A stretch of DNA of 64,000 nt. Origin: Auanema rhodensis. Lineage: Eukaryota; Animalia; Nematoda. The notes under the pieces are model-generated. The model saw nothing but the letters and a program-made list of their open reading frames with translations, searched no databases and was not told where the DNA came from. Below, piece by piece: positions 13,221 through 27,100 of the stretch (within the stretch, counting starts at the first letter, position 1; every line of letters starts with the position of its first letter). The translations under genes were made by a program, and so were the position numbers. Where the stretch lies: NCBI GenBank assembly GCA_964057225.1, contig OZ059900.1:15128001-15192000 (forward strand), in the 5' to 3' direction.

Positions 13221-13587
13221 TTGAATTTGCACTTAGAAACTTTCACTAAGAGTGTGAGTTTGAATTATAGTAGAAAAATGAAACACTGTCTCTAACATAT
13301 CTTGATTTATGGCCTACTTTACTCAAAGAGCTAATTGAAGTTTGGTGTTAGAATGAACAATTGATTAACGCTGACGTTTCAATTTTTTTCATCGTAATTG
13401 AGATAGAACATTTAAATTAAATGGAAATGTTTAACGACTTAGAAAAAAAACACAAGCTCAAATCACTTTTGAAAAAACAGAAAGTTTAAAACAACCTTTT
13501 TTCTAATAATTATCTTTTTTATCCGACTTTTGGAAGAAAACAAAAATAGCATAACATTCAATAACGATGAATCAGAACAAAAACATT

Positions 13588-13659
13588 CTCCCCGGCCGGG
13601 AATTGAACCCGGGTCTCGCATGTGACAGACGCGGATACTCACCACTATACTACCGAGGA
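13588..13659 (-). tRNA. tRNA-Asp(GTC)
   Basis: Identical copy. Confidence 0.96.
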
Positions 13660-14025
13660 TTGAATTTGCACTTAGAAACTTTCATTAAGAGTGTGAGTTT
13701 GAATTATAGTAGAAAAATGAAACACTGTCTCTAACATATCTTGATTTATGGCCTACTTTACTCAAAGAGCTAATGGAAGTTTGGTGTTAGAATGAACAAT
13801 TGATTAACGCTGACGTTTCAATTTTTTTCATCGTACTTGAGATAGAACATTTAAATTAAATGAAAATGTTTAAAAATTTAGAAAAAATCACAAGCTCAAA
13901 TCACTTTTGAAAAAACAGAAAGTTTAAAACAACTTTTTTTCTAATAATTATCTTTTTTATCCGACTTTTGTAAAAAAACAAAAATAGCATAACATTCAAT
14001 AACGATGAATCAGAACAAAAACATT

Positions 14026-14097
14026 CTCCCCGGCCGGGAATTGAACCCGGGTCTCGCATGTGACAGACGCGGATACTCACCACTATACTACCGAGGA
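14026..14097 (-). tRNA. tRNA-Asp(GTC)
   Basis: Identical copy. Confidence 0.96.
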
Positions 14098-14463
14098 TTG
14101 AATTTGCACTTAGAAACTTTCTTTAAGAGTGTGAGTTTGAATTATAGTAGAAAAATGAAACACTGTCTCTAACATATCTTGATTTATGGCCTACTTTACT
14201 CAAAGAGCTAATTGAAGTTTGGTGTTAAAATGAACAATTGATTAACGCTGACGTTTCAATTTTTTTCATCGTAATTGAGATAGAACATTTAAATTAAATG
14301 GAAATGTTTAAAAATTTAGAAAAAATCACAAGCTCAAATCACTTTTGAAAAAACAGAAAGTTGAAAACAACCTTTTTTCTAATAATTATCTTTTTAATTC
14401 GACTTTTGGAAGAAAACAAAAATAGCATAACATTCAATAACGATGAATCAGAACAAAAACATT

Positions 14464-14535
14464 CTCCCCGGCCGGGAATTGAACCCGGGTCTCGCATGTG
14501 ACAGACGCGGATACTCACCACTATACTACCGAGGA
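14464..14535 (-). tRNA. tRNA-Asp(GTC)
   Basis: Identical copy. Confidence 0.96.
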
Positions 14536-14901
14536 TTGAATTTGCACTTAGAAACTTTCATTAAGAGTGTGAGTTTGAATTATAGTAGAAAAATGAAACA
14601 CTGTCTCTAACATATCTTGATTTATGGCCTACTTTACTCAAAGAGCTAATGGAAGTTTGGTGTTAGAATGAACAATTGATTAACGCTGACGTTTCAATTT
14701 TTTTCATCGTACTTGAGATAGAACATTTAAATTAAATGGAAATGTTTAAAAATTTAGAAAAAATCACAAGCTCAAATCACTTTTGAAAAAACAGAAAGTT
14801 TAAAACAACTTTTTTTCTAATAATTATCTTTTTTATCCGACTTTTGTAAAAAAACAAAAATAGCATAACATTCAATAACGATGAATCAGAACAAAAACAT
14901 T

Positions 14902-14973
14902 CTCCCCGGCCGGGAATTGAACCCGGGTCTCGCATGTGACAGACGCGGATACTCACCACTATACTACCGAGGA
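14902..14973 (-). tRNA. tRNA-Asp(GTC)
   Basis: Identical copy. Confidence 0.96.
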
Positions 14974-15339
14974 TTGAATTTGCACTTAGAAACTTTCATT
15001 AAGAGTGTGAGTTTGAATTATAGTAGAAAAATGAAACACTGTGTCTAACATATCTTGATTTATGGCCTACTTTACTCAAAGAGCTAATTGAAGTTTGGTG
15101 TTAGAATGAACAATTGATTAACGCTGACGTTTCAATTTTTTTCATCGTAATTGAGATAGAACATTTAAATTAAATGGAAATGTTTAAAAATTTAGAAAAA
15201 ATCACAAGCTCAAATCACTTTTGAAAAAACAGAAAGTTTAAAACAACCTTTTTTCTAATACTTATCTTTTTTATCCGACTTTTGTAAAAAAACAAAAATA
15301 GCATAACATTCAATAACGATGAATCAGAACAAAAACATT

Positions 15340-15411
15340 CTCCCCGGCCGGGAATTGAACCCGGGTCTCGCATGTGACAGACGCGGATACTCACCACTAT
15401 ACTACCGAGGA
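15340..15411 (-). tRNA. tRNA-Asp(GTC)
   Basis: Identical copy. Confidence 0.96.
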
Positions 15412-15777
15412 TTGAATTTGCACTTAGAAACTTTCATTAAGAGTGTGAGTTTGAATTATAGTAGAAAAATGAAACACTGTCTCTAACATATCTTGATTTA
15501 TGGCCTACTTTACTCAAAGAGCTAATTGAAGTTTGGTGTTAAAATGAACAATTGATTAACGCTGACGTTTCAATTTTTTTCATCGTAATTGAGATAGAAC
15601 ATTTAAATTAAATGGAAGTGTTTAAAAATTTAGAAAAAATCACAAGCTCAAATCACTTTTGAAAAAACAGAAAGTTTAAAACAACCTTTTTTCTAATAAT
15701 TATCTTTTTAATTCGACTTTTGGAAGAAAACAAAAATAGCATAACATTCAATAACGATGAATCAGAACAAAAACATT

Positions 15778-15849
15778 CTCCCCGGCCGGGAATTGAACCC
15801 GGGTCTCGCATGTGACAGACGCGGATACTCACCACTATACTACCGAGGA
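15778..15849 (-). tRNA. tRNA-Asp(GTC)
   Basis: Identical copy. Confidence 0.96.
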
Positions 15850-16215
15850 TTGAATTTGCACTTAGAAACTTTCACTAAGAGTGTGAGTTTGAATTATAGT
15901 AGAAAAATGAAACACTGTCTCTAACATATCTTGATTTATGGCCTACTTTACTCAAAGAGCTAATTGAAGTTTGGTGTTAGAATGAACAATTGATTAACGC
16001 TGACGTTTCAATTTTTTTCATCGTAATTGAGATAGAACATTTAAATTAAATGGAAATGTTTAAAAATTTAGAAAAAATCACAAGCTCAAATCACTTTTGA
16101 AAAAACAGAAAGTTTAAAACAACCTTTTTTCTAATACTTATCTTTTTTATCCGACTTTTGTAAAAAAACAAAAATAGCATAACATTCAATAACGATGAAT
16201 CAGAACAAAAACATT

Positions 16216-16287
16216 CTCCCCGGCCGGGAATTGAACCCGGGTCTCGCATGTGACAGACGCGGATACTCACCACTATACTACCGAGGA
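16216..16287 (-). tRNA. tRNA-Asp(GTC)
   Basis: Identical copy. Confidence 0.96.
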
Positions 16288-16653
16288 TTGAATTTGCACT
16301 TAGAAACTTTCATTAAGAGTGTGAGTTTGAATTATAGTAGAAAAATGAAACACTGTCTCTAACATATCTTGATTTATGGCCTACTTTACTCAAAGAGCTA
16401 ATTGAAGTTTGGTGTTAAAATGAACAATTGATTAACGCTGACGTTTCAATTTTTTTCATCGTAATTGAGATAGAACATTTAAATTAAATGGAAGTGTTTA
16501 AAAATTTAGAAAAAATCACAAGCTCAAATCACTTTTGAAAAAACAGAAAGTTTAAAACAACCTTTTTTCTAATAATTATCTTTTTAATTCGACTTTTGGA
16601 AGAAAACAAAAATAGCATAACATTCAATAACGATGAATCAGAACAAAAACATT

Positions 16654-16725
16654 CTCCCCGGCCGGGAATTGAACCCGGGTCTCGCATGTGACAGACGCGG
16701 ATACTCACCACTATACTACCGAGGA
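16654..16725 (-). tRNA. tRNA-Asp(GTC)
   Basis: Identical copy. Confidence 0.96.
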
Positions 16726-17092
16726 TTGAATTTGCACTTAGAAACTTTCACTAAGAGTGTGAGTTTGAATTATAGTAGAAAAATGAAACACTGTCTCTAA
16801 CATATCTTGATTTATGGCCTACTTTACTCAAAGAGCTAATTGAAGTTTGGTGTTAGAATGAACAATTGATTAACGCTGACGTTTCAATTTTTTTCATCGT
16901 AATTGAGATAGAACATTTAAATTAAATGGAAATGTTTAACGACTTAGAAAAAAAACACAAGCTCAAATCACTTTTGAAAAAACAGAAAGTTTAAAACAAC
17001 CTTTTTTCTAATAATTATCTTTTTTATCCGACTTTTGGAAGAAAACAAAAATAGCATAACATTCAATAACGATGAATCAGAACAAAAACATT

Positions 17093-17164
17093 CTCCCCGG
17101 CCGGGAATTGAACCCGGGTCTCGCATGTGACAGACGCGGATACTCACCACTATACTACCGAGGA
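17093..17164 (-). tRNA. tRNA-Asp(GTC)
   Basis: Identical copy. Confidence 0.96.
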
Positions 17165-17530
17165 TTGAATTTGCACTTAGAAACTTTCATTAAGAGTGTG
17201 AGTTTGAATTATAGTAGAAAAATGAAACACTGTCTCTAACATATCTTGATTTATGGCCTACTTTACTCAAAGAGCTAATTGAAGTTTGGTGTTAGAATGA
17301 ACAATTGATTAACGCTGACGTTTCAATTTTTTTCATCGTAATTGAGATAGAACATTCAAATTAAATAGAAATGTTTAAAAATTTAGAAAAAATCACAAGC
17401 TCAAATCACTTTTGAAAAAACAGAAAGTTTAAAACAACCTTTTTTCTAATAATTATCTTTTTTATCCGACTTTTGTAAAAAAACAAAAATAGCATAACAT
17501 TCAATAACGATGAATCAGAACAAAAACATT

Positions 17531-17602
17531 CTCCCCGGCCGGGTATTGAACCCGGGTCTCGCATGTGACAGACGCGGATACTCACCACTATACTACCGAG
17601 GA
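17531..17602 (-). tRNA. tRNA-Asp(GTC), T-loop variant
   Basis: A>T at 17544 makes the T loop TTCAATA. Confidence 0.92.
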
Positions 17603-17968
17603 TTGAATTTGCACTTAGAAACTTTCATTAAGAGTGTGAGTTTGAATTATAGTAGAAAAATGAAACACTGTCTCTAACATATCTTGATTTATGGCCTACT
17701 TTACTCAAAGAGCTAATTGAAGTTTGGTGTTAGAATGAACAATTGATTAACGCTGACGTTTCAATTTTTTTCATCGTAATTGAGATAGAACATTCAAATT
17801 AAATAGAAATGTTTAAAAATTTAGAAAAAATCACAAGCTCAAATCACTTTTGAAAAAACAGAAAGTTTAAAACAACCTTTTTTCTAATAATTATCTTTTT
17901 TATCCGACTTTTGTAAAAAAACAAAAATAGCATAACATTCAATAACGATGAATCAGAACAAAAACATT

Positions 17969-18040
17969 CTCCCCGGCCGGGAATTGAACCCGGGTCTCGC
18001 ATGTGACAGACGCGGATACTCACCACTATACTACCGAGGA
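17969..18040 (-). tRNA. tRNA-Asp(GTC)
   Basis: Identical copy; only ~100 bp of native upstream flank retained. Confidence 0.95.
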
Positions 18041-18147
18041 TTGAATTTGCACTTAGAAACTTTCATTAAGAGTGTGAGTTTGAATTATAGTAGAAAAATG
18101 AAACACTGTCTCTAACATATCTTGATTTATGGCCTACTTTACTACTA

Positions 18148-21100
18148 AAATACTGTGTTTTTGTATTTTTCTAGTGTTCAGCATGTAAAATGCTTCATTT
18201 TAGTATGTAACACGCTGAAATTCGTTGCATTTGACGACTCATATGAACAAAAATCGATTTAATCAATATTAGCCATAAGGGGCGTGCCCTCAGAATATGC
18301 TAATTTCCTTAATTTTCTAACCCCTGTTTTTTGTCGTGAAAGTGGAACTAGACGTTGTACGAACAATTTTGAGCTAGGTTTCATTGACATTGCATGAGTT
18401 TGAACACATGAAATCGTAAGTCAAAACCTTGTTTACAGCGAAATTTCTAAAAACTGGTTTTCCAGCATAATAAAATATTTCTCATGGGAAATACTGTGTT
18501 TTTGTATTTTTCTAGTGTTCAGCATGTAAAATGCTTCATTTTAGTATGTAACACGCTGAAATTCGTTGCATTTGACGACTCATATGAACAAAAATCGATT
18601 TAATCAATATTAGCCATAAGGGGCGTGCCCTCAGAATATGCTAATTTCCTTAATTTTCTAACCCCTGTTTTTTTGTCGTGAAAGTGGGACTAGACGTTGT
18701 ACAAACAATTTTGAGCTAGGTTTCATTGACATTGCATGAGTTTGAACACATGAAATCGTAAGTCAAAACCTTGTTTACAGCGAAATTTCCAAAAACTGGT
18801 TTTCCAGCATAATAAAATATTTCTCATGGGAAATACTGTGTTTTTGTATTTTTCTAGTGTTCAGCATGTAAAATGCTTCATTTTAGTATGTAACACGCTG
18901 AAATTCGTTGCATTTGACGACTCATATGAACAAAAATCGATTTAATCAATATTAGCCATAAGGGGCGTGCCCTCAGAATATGCTAATTCCCTTAATTTTC
19001 TAACCCCTGTTTTTTTGTCGTGAAAGTGGAACTAGACGTTGTACGAACAATTTTGAGCTAGGTTTCATTGACATTGCATGAGTTTGAACACATGAAATCG
19101 TAAGTCAAAACCTTGTTTACAGCGAAATTTCCAAAAACTGGTTTTCCAGCATAATAAAATATTTCTCATGGGAAATACTGTGTTTTTGTATTTTTCTAGT
19201 GTTCAGCATGTAAAATGCTTCATTTTAGTATGTAACACGCTGAAATTCGTTGCATTTGACGACTCATATGAACAAAAATCGATTTAATCAATATTAGCCA
19301 TAAGGGGCGTGCCCTCAGAATATGCTAATTCCCTTAATTTTCTAACCCCTGTTTTTTCGTCGTGAAAGTGGAACTAGACGTTGTACAATCAATTTTGAGC
19401 TAGGTTTCATTGACATTGCATGAGTTTGAACACATGAAATCGTAAGTCAAAACCTTGTTTACAGCGAAATTTCCAAAAACTGGTTTTCCAACATATTAAA
19501 ATATTTCTCATGGGAAATACTGTGTTTTTGTATTTTTCTAGTGTTCAGCATGTAAAATGCTTCATTTTAGTATGTAACACGCTGAAATTCGTTGCATTTG
19601 ACGACTCATATGAACAAAAATCGATTTAATCAATATTAGCCATAAGGGGCGTGCCCTCAGAATATGCTAATTCCCTTAATTTTCTAACCCCTGTTTTTTT
19701 GTCGTGAAAGTGGGACTAGACGTTGTACGAACAATTTTGAGCTAGGTTTCATTGACATTGCATGAGTTTGAACACATGAAATCGTAAGTCAAAACCTTGT
19801 TTACAGCGAAATTTCCAAAAACTGGTTTTCCAGCATAATAAAATATTTCTCATGGGAAATACTGTGTTTTTGTATTTTTCTAGTGTTTAGCATGTAAAAT
19901 GCTTCATTTTAGTATGTAACACGCTGAAATTCGTTGCATTTGACGACTCATATGAACAAAAATCGATTTAATCAATATTAGCCATAAGGGGCGTGCCCTC
20001 AGAATATGCTAATTTCCTTAATTTTCTAACCCCTGTTTTTTTGTCGTGAAAGTGGAACTAGACGTTGTACGAACAATTTTGAGCTAGGTTTCATTGACAT
20101 TGCATGAGTTTGAACACATGAAATCGTAAGTCAAAACCTTGTTTACAGCGAAATTTCCAAAAACTGGTTTTCCAACATATTAAAATATTTCTCATGGGAA
20201 ATACTGTGTTTTTGTATTTTTCTAGTGTTCAGCATGTAAAATGCTTCATTTTAGTATGTAACACGCTGAAATTCGTTGCATTTGACGACTCATATGAACA
20301 AAAATCGATTTAATCAATATTAGCCATAAGGGGCGTGCCCTCAGAATATGCTAATTCCCTTAATTTTCTAACCCCTGTTTTTTTGTCGTGAAAGTGGGAC
20401 TAGACGTTGTACGAACAATTTTGAGCTAGGTTTCATTGACATTGCATGAGTTTGAACACATGAAATCGTAAGTCAAAACCTTGTTTACAGCGAAATTTCC
20501 AAAAACTGGTTTTCCAGCATAATAAAATATTTCTCATGGGAAATACTGTGTTTTTGTATTTTTCTAGTGTTTAGCATGTAAAATGCTTCATTTTAGTATG
20601 TAACACGCTGAAATTCGTTGCATTTGACGACTCATATGAACAAAAATCGATTTAATCAATATTAGCCATAAGGGGCGTGCCCTCAGAATATGCTAATTTC
20701 CTTAATTTTCTAACCCCTGTTTTTTTGTCGTGAAAGTGGAACTAGACGTTGTACGAACAAGTTTGAGCTAGGTTTCATTGACATTGCATGAGTTTGAACA
20801 CATGAAATCGTAAGTCAAAACCTTGTTTACAGCGAAATTTCCAAAAACTGGTTTTCCAGCATAATAAAATATTTCTCATGGGAAATACTGTGTTTTTGTA
20901 TTTTTCTAGTGTTCAGCATGTAAAATGCTTCATTTTAGTATGTAACACGCTGAAATTCGTTGCATTTGACGACTCATATGAACAAAAATCGATTTAATCA
21001 ATATTAGCCATAAGGGGCGTGCCCTCAGAATATGCTAATTCCCTTAATTTTCTAACCCCTGTTTTTTTGTCGTGAAAGTGGAACTAGACGTTGTACGAAC

Positions 21101-24100
21101 AATTTTGAGCTAGGTTTCATTGACATTGCATGAGTTTGAACACATGAAATCGTAAGTCAAAACCTTGTTTACAGCGAAATTTCCAAAAACTGGTTTTCCA
21201 GCATAATAAAATATTTCTCATGGGAAATACTGTGTTTTTGTATTTTTCTAGTGTTCAGCATGTAAAATACTTCATTTTAGTATGTAACACGCTGAAATTC
21301 GTTGCATTTGACGACTCATATGAACAAAAATCGATTTAATCAATATTAGCCATAAGGGGCGTGCCCTCAGAATATGCTAATTTCCTTAATTTTCTAACCC
21401 CTGTTTTTTTGTCGTGAAAGTGGAACTAGACGTTGTACGAACAATTTTGAGCTAGGTTTCATTGACATTGCATGAGTTTGAACACATGAAATCGTAAGTC
21501 AAAACCTTGTTTACAGCGAAATTTCCAAAAACTGGTTTTCCAGCATAATAAAATATTTCTCATGGGAAATACTGTGTTTTTGTATTTTTCTAGTGTTCAG
21601 CATGTAAAATGCTTCATTTTAGTATGTAACACGCTGAAATTCGTTGCATTTGACGACTCATATGAACAAAAATCGATTTAATCAATATTAGCCATAAGGG
21701 GCGTGCCCTCAGAATATGCTAATTCCCTTAATTTTCTAACCCCTGTTTTTTTGTCGTGAAAGTGGAACTAGACGTTGTACGAACAATTTTGAGCTAGGTT
21801 TCATTGACATTGCATGAGTTTGAACACATGAAATCGTAAGTCAAAACCTTGTTTACAGCGAAATTTCCAAAAACTGGTTTTCCAGCATAATAAAATATTT
21901 CTCATGGGAAATACTGTGTTTTTGTATTTTTCTAGTGTTCAGCATGTGAAATGCTTCATTTTAGTATGTAACACGCTGAAATTCGTTGCATTTGACGACT
22001 CATATGAACAAAAATCGATTTAATCAATATTAGCCATAAGGGGCGTGCCCTCAGAATATGCTAATTCCCTTAATTTTCTAACCCCTGTTTTTTTGTCGTG
22101 AAAGTGGAACTAGACGTTGTACGAACAATTTTGAGCTAGGTTTCATTGACATTGCATGAGTTTGAACACATGAAATCGTAAGTCAAAACCTTGTTTACAG
22201 CGAAATTTCCAAAAACTGGTTTTCCAGCATAATAAAATATTTCTCATGGGAAATACTGTGTTTTTGTATTTTTCTAGTGTTCAGCATGTAAAATGCTTCA
22301 TTTTAGTATGTAACACGCTGAAATTCGTTGCATTTGACGACTCATATGAACAAAAATCGATTTAATCAATATTAGCCATAAGGGGCGTGCCCTCAGAATA
22401 TGCTAATTTCCTTAATTTTCTAACCCCTGTTTTTTTGTCGTGAAAGTGGGACTAGACGTTGTACGAACAATTTTGAGCTAGGTTTCATTGACATTGCATG
22501 AGTTTGAACACATGAAATCGTAAGTCAAAACCTTGTTTACAGCGAAATTTCCAAAAACTGGTTTTCCAGCATAATAAAATATTTCTCATGGGAAATACTG
22601 TGTTTTTGTATTTTTCTAGTGTTCAGCATGTAAAATGCTTCATTTTAGTATGTAACACGCTGAAATTCGTTGCATTTGACGACTCATATGAACAAAAATC
22701 GATTTAATCAATATTAGCCATAAGGGGCGTGCCCTCAGAATATGCTAATTTCCTTAATTTTCTAACCCCTGTTTTTTTGTCGTGAAAGTGGAACTAGACG
22801 TTGTACGAACAATTTTGAGCTAGGTTTCATTGACATTGCATGAGTTTGAACACATGAAATCGTAAGTCAAAACCTTGTTTACAGCGAAATTTCCAAAAAC
22901 TGGTTTTCCAGCATAATAAAATATTTCTCATGGGAAATACTGTGTTTTTGTATTTTTCTAGTGTTCAGCATGTAAAATGCTTCATTTTAGTATGTAACAC
23001 GCTGAAATTCGTTGCATTTGACGACTCATATGAACAAAAATCGATTTAATCAATATTAGCCATAAGGGGCGTGCCCTCAGAATATGCTAATTTCCTTAAT
23101 TTTCTAACCCCTGTTTTTTGGCCGTGAAAGTGGGACTAGACGTTGTAAAAACAATTTTGAGCTAGGTTTTATTGACATTGCATGAGTTTGAACACATGAA
23201 ATCGTAAGTCAAAACCTTGTTTACAGCGAAATTTCCAAAAACTGGTTTTCCAGCATAATAAAATATTTCTCATGGGAAATACTGTGTTTTTGTATTTTTC
23301 TAGTGTTCAGCATGTAAAATGCTTCATTTTAGTATGTAACACGCTGAAATTCGTTGCATTTGACGACTCATATGAACAAAAATCGATTTAATCAATATTA
23401 GCCATAAGGGGCGTGCCCTCAGAATATGCTAATTTCCTTAATTTTCTAACCCCTGTTTTTTTGTCGTGAAAGTGGGACTAGACGTTGTACGAACAATTTT
23501 GAGCTAGGTTTCATTGACATTGCATGAGTTTGAACACATGAAATCGTAAGTCAAAACCTTGTTTACAGCGAAATTTCCAAAAACTGGTTTTCCAGCATAA
23601 TAAAATATTTCTCATGGGAAATACTGTGTTTTTGTATTTTTCTAGTGTTCAGCATGTAAAATGCTTCATTTTAGTATGTAACACGCTGAAATTCGTTGCA
23701 TTTGACGACTCATATGAACAAAAATCGATTTAATCAATATTAGCCATAAGGGGCGTGCCCTCAGAATATGCTAATTTCCTTAATTTTCTAACCCCTGTTT
23801 TTTTGTCGTGAAAGTGGGACTAGACGTTGTACGAACAATTTTGAGCTAGGTTTCATTGACATTGCATGAGTTTGAACACATGAAATCGTAAGTCAAAACC
23901 TTGTTTACAGCGAAATTTCCAAAAACTGGTTTTCCAGCATAATAAAATATTTCTCATGGGAAATACTGTGTTTTTGTATTTTTCTAGTGTTCAGCATGTA
24001 AAATGCTTCATTTTAGTATGTAACACGCTGAAATTCGTTGCATTTGACGACTCATATGAACAAAAATCGATTTAATCAATATTAGCCATAAGGGGCGTGC

Positions 24101-27100
24101 CCTCAGAATATGCTAATTCCCTTAATTTTCTAACCCCTGTTTTTTTGTCGTGAAAGTGGAACTAGACGTTGTACAAACAATTTTGAGCTAGGTTTCATTG
24201 ACATTGCATGAGTTTGAACACATGAAATCGTAAGTCAAAACCTTGTTTACAGCGAAATTTCCAAAAACTGGTTTTCCAGCATAATAAAATATTTCTCATG
24301 GGAAATACTGTGTTTTTGTATTTTTCTAGTGTTCAGCATGTAAAATGCTTCATTTTAGTATGTAACACGCTGAAATTCGTTGCATTTGACGACTCATATG
24401 AACAAAAATCGATTTAATCAATATTAGCCATAAGGGGCGTGCCCTCAGAATATGCTAATTTCCTTAATTTTCTAACCCCTGTTTTTTTGTCGTGAAAGTG
24501 GAACTAGACGTTGTACGAACAATTTTGAGCTAGGTTTCATTGACATTGCATGAGTTTGAACACATGAAATCGTAAGTCAAAACCTTATTTACAGCGAAAT
24601 TTCCAAAAACTGGTTTTCCAGCATAATAAAATATTTCTCATGGGAAATACTTTGTTTTTGTATTTTTCTAGTGTTCAGCATGTAAAATGGTTCATTTTAG
24701 TGTATGTTACACGCTGAAATTCGTTGCATTTGACGACTCATATGAACAAAAATCGATTTAATCAATATTAGCCATAAGGGGCGTGCCCTCAGAATATGCT
24801 AATTTCCTTAATTTTTTAACCCCTGTTTTTTTGTCGTGAAAGTGGAACTAGACGTTGTACGAACAATTTTGAGCTAGGTTTCATTGACATTGCATGAGTT
24901 TGAACACATGAAATCGTAAGTCCAAACCTTGTTTACAGCGAAATTTCCAAAAACTGGTTTTCCAGCATAATAAAATATTTCTCATGGGAAATACTGTGTT
25001 TTTGTATTTTTCTAGTGTTCAGCATGTAAAATGCTTCATTTTAGTATGTAACACGCTGAAATTCGTTGCATTTGACGACTCATATGAACAAAAATCGATT
25101 TAATCAATATTAGCCATAAGGGGCGTGCCCTCAGAATATGCTAATTTCCTTAATTTTCTAACCCCTGTTTTTTGTCGTGAAAGTGGAACTAGACGTTGTA
25201 CGAACAATTTTGAGCTAGGTTTCATTGACATTGCATGAGTTTGAACACATGAAATCGTAAGTCAAAACCTAGTTTACAGCGAAATTTCCAAAAACTGGTT
25301 TTCCAGCATAATAAAATATTTCTCATGGGAAATACTGTGTTTTTGTATTTTTCTAGTGTTCAGCATGTGAAATGCTTCATTTTAGTATGTAACACGCTGA
25401 AATTCGTTGCATTTGACGACTCATATGAACAAAAATCGATTTAATCAATATTAGCCATAAGGGGCGTGCCCTCAGAATATGCTAATTTCCTTAATTTTCT
25501 AACCCCTGTTTTTTGTCGTGAAAGTGGAACTAGACGTTGTACAAACAATTTTGAGCTAGGTTTTATTGACATTGCATGAGTTTGAACACATGAAATCGTA
25601 AGTCAAAACCTTGTTTAGAGCGAAATTTCCAAAAACTGGTTTTCCAGCATAATAAAATATTTCTCATGGGAAATACTGTGTTTTTGTATTTTTCTAGTGT
25701 TCAGCATGTAAAATGCTTCATTTTAGTATGTAACACGCTGAAATTCGTTGCATTTGACGACTCATATGAACAAAAATCGATTTAATCAATATTAGCCATA
25801 AGGGGCGTGCCCTCAGAATATGCTAATTTCCTTAATTTTCTAACCCCTGTTTTTTTGTCGTGAAAGTGGAACTAGACGTTGTACGAACAATTTTGAGCTA
25901 GGTTTCATTGACATTGCATGAGTTTGAACACATGAAATCGTAAGTCAAAACCTTGTTTACAGCGAAATTTCCAAAAACTGGTTTTCCAGCATAATAAAAT
26001 ATTTCTCATGGGAAATACTGTGTTTTTGTATTTTTCTAGTGTTCAGCATGTAAAATGCTTCATTTTAGTATGTAACACGCTGAAATTCGTTGCATTTGAC
26101 GACTCATATGAACAAAAATCGATTTAATCAATATTAGCCATAAGGGGCGTGCCCTCAGAATATGCTAATTCCCTTAATTTTCTAACCCCTGTTTTTTTGT
26201 CGTGAAAGTGGAACTAGACGTTGTACAATCAATTTTGAGCTAGGTTTCATTGACATTGCATGAGTTTGAACACATGAAATCGTAAGTCAAAACCTTGTTT
26301 ACAGCGAAATTTCCAAAAACTGGTTTTCCAGCATAATAAAATATTTCTCATGGGAAATACTGTGTTTTTGTATTTTTCTAGTGTTCAGCATGTAAAATGC
26401 TTCATTTTAGTATGTAACACGCTGAAATTCGTTGCATTTGACGACTCATATGAACAAAAATCGATTTAATCAATATTAGCCATAAGGGGCGTGCCCTCAG
26501 AATATGCTAATTCCCTTAATTTTCTAACCCCTGTTTTTTTGTCGTGAAAGTGGAACTAGACGTTGTACAATCAATTTTGAGCTAGGTTTCATTGACATTG
26601 CATGAGTTTGAACACATGAAATCGTAAGTCAAAACCTTGTTTACAGCGAAATTTCCAAAAACTGGTTTTCCAGCATATTAAAATATTTCTCATGGGAAAT
26701 ACTGTGTTTTTGTATTTTTCTAGTGTTCAGCATGTAAAATGCTTCATTTTAGTATGTAACACGCTGAAATTCGTTGCATTTGACGACTCATATGAACAAA
26801 AATCGATTTAATCAATATTAGCCATAAGGGGCGTGCCCTCAGAATATGCTAATTTCCTTAATTTTCTAACCCCTGTTTTTTGTCGTGAAAGTGGAACTAG
26901 ACGTTGTACGAACAATTTTGAGCTAGGTTTCATTGACATTGCATGAGTTTGAACACATGAAATCGTAAGTCAAAACCTAGTTTACAGCGAAATTTCCAAA
27001 AACTGGTTTTCCAGCATAATAAAATATTTCTCATGGGAAATACTGTGTTTTTGTATTTTTCTAGTGTTCAGCATGTGAAATGCTTCATTTTAGTATGTAA

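Larger units (their letters stand above)
12711..18143 (-). repeat. Tandem tDNA array 1: 438/439-bp unit with tRNA-Asp(GTC), 13 genes
   Basis: CTCCCCGGCCGGGAATTGAACCC recurs every 438-439 bp; AT-rich spacer of ~366 bp. Confidence 0.99.

Noticed and set aside
12711-18143. CRISPR-like repeat-spacer array
   Set aside because: Spacers are near-identical, the repeat is a eukaryotic tRNA, and there are no cas genes
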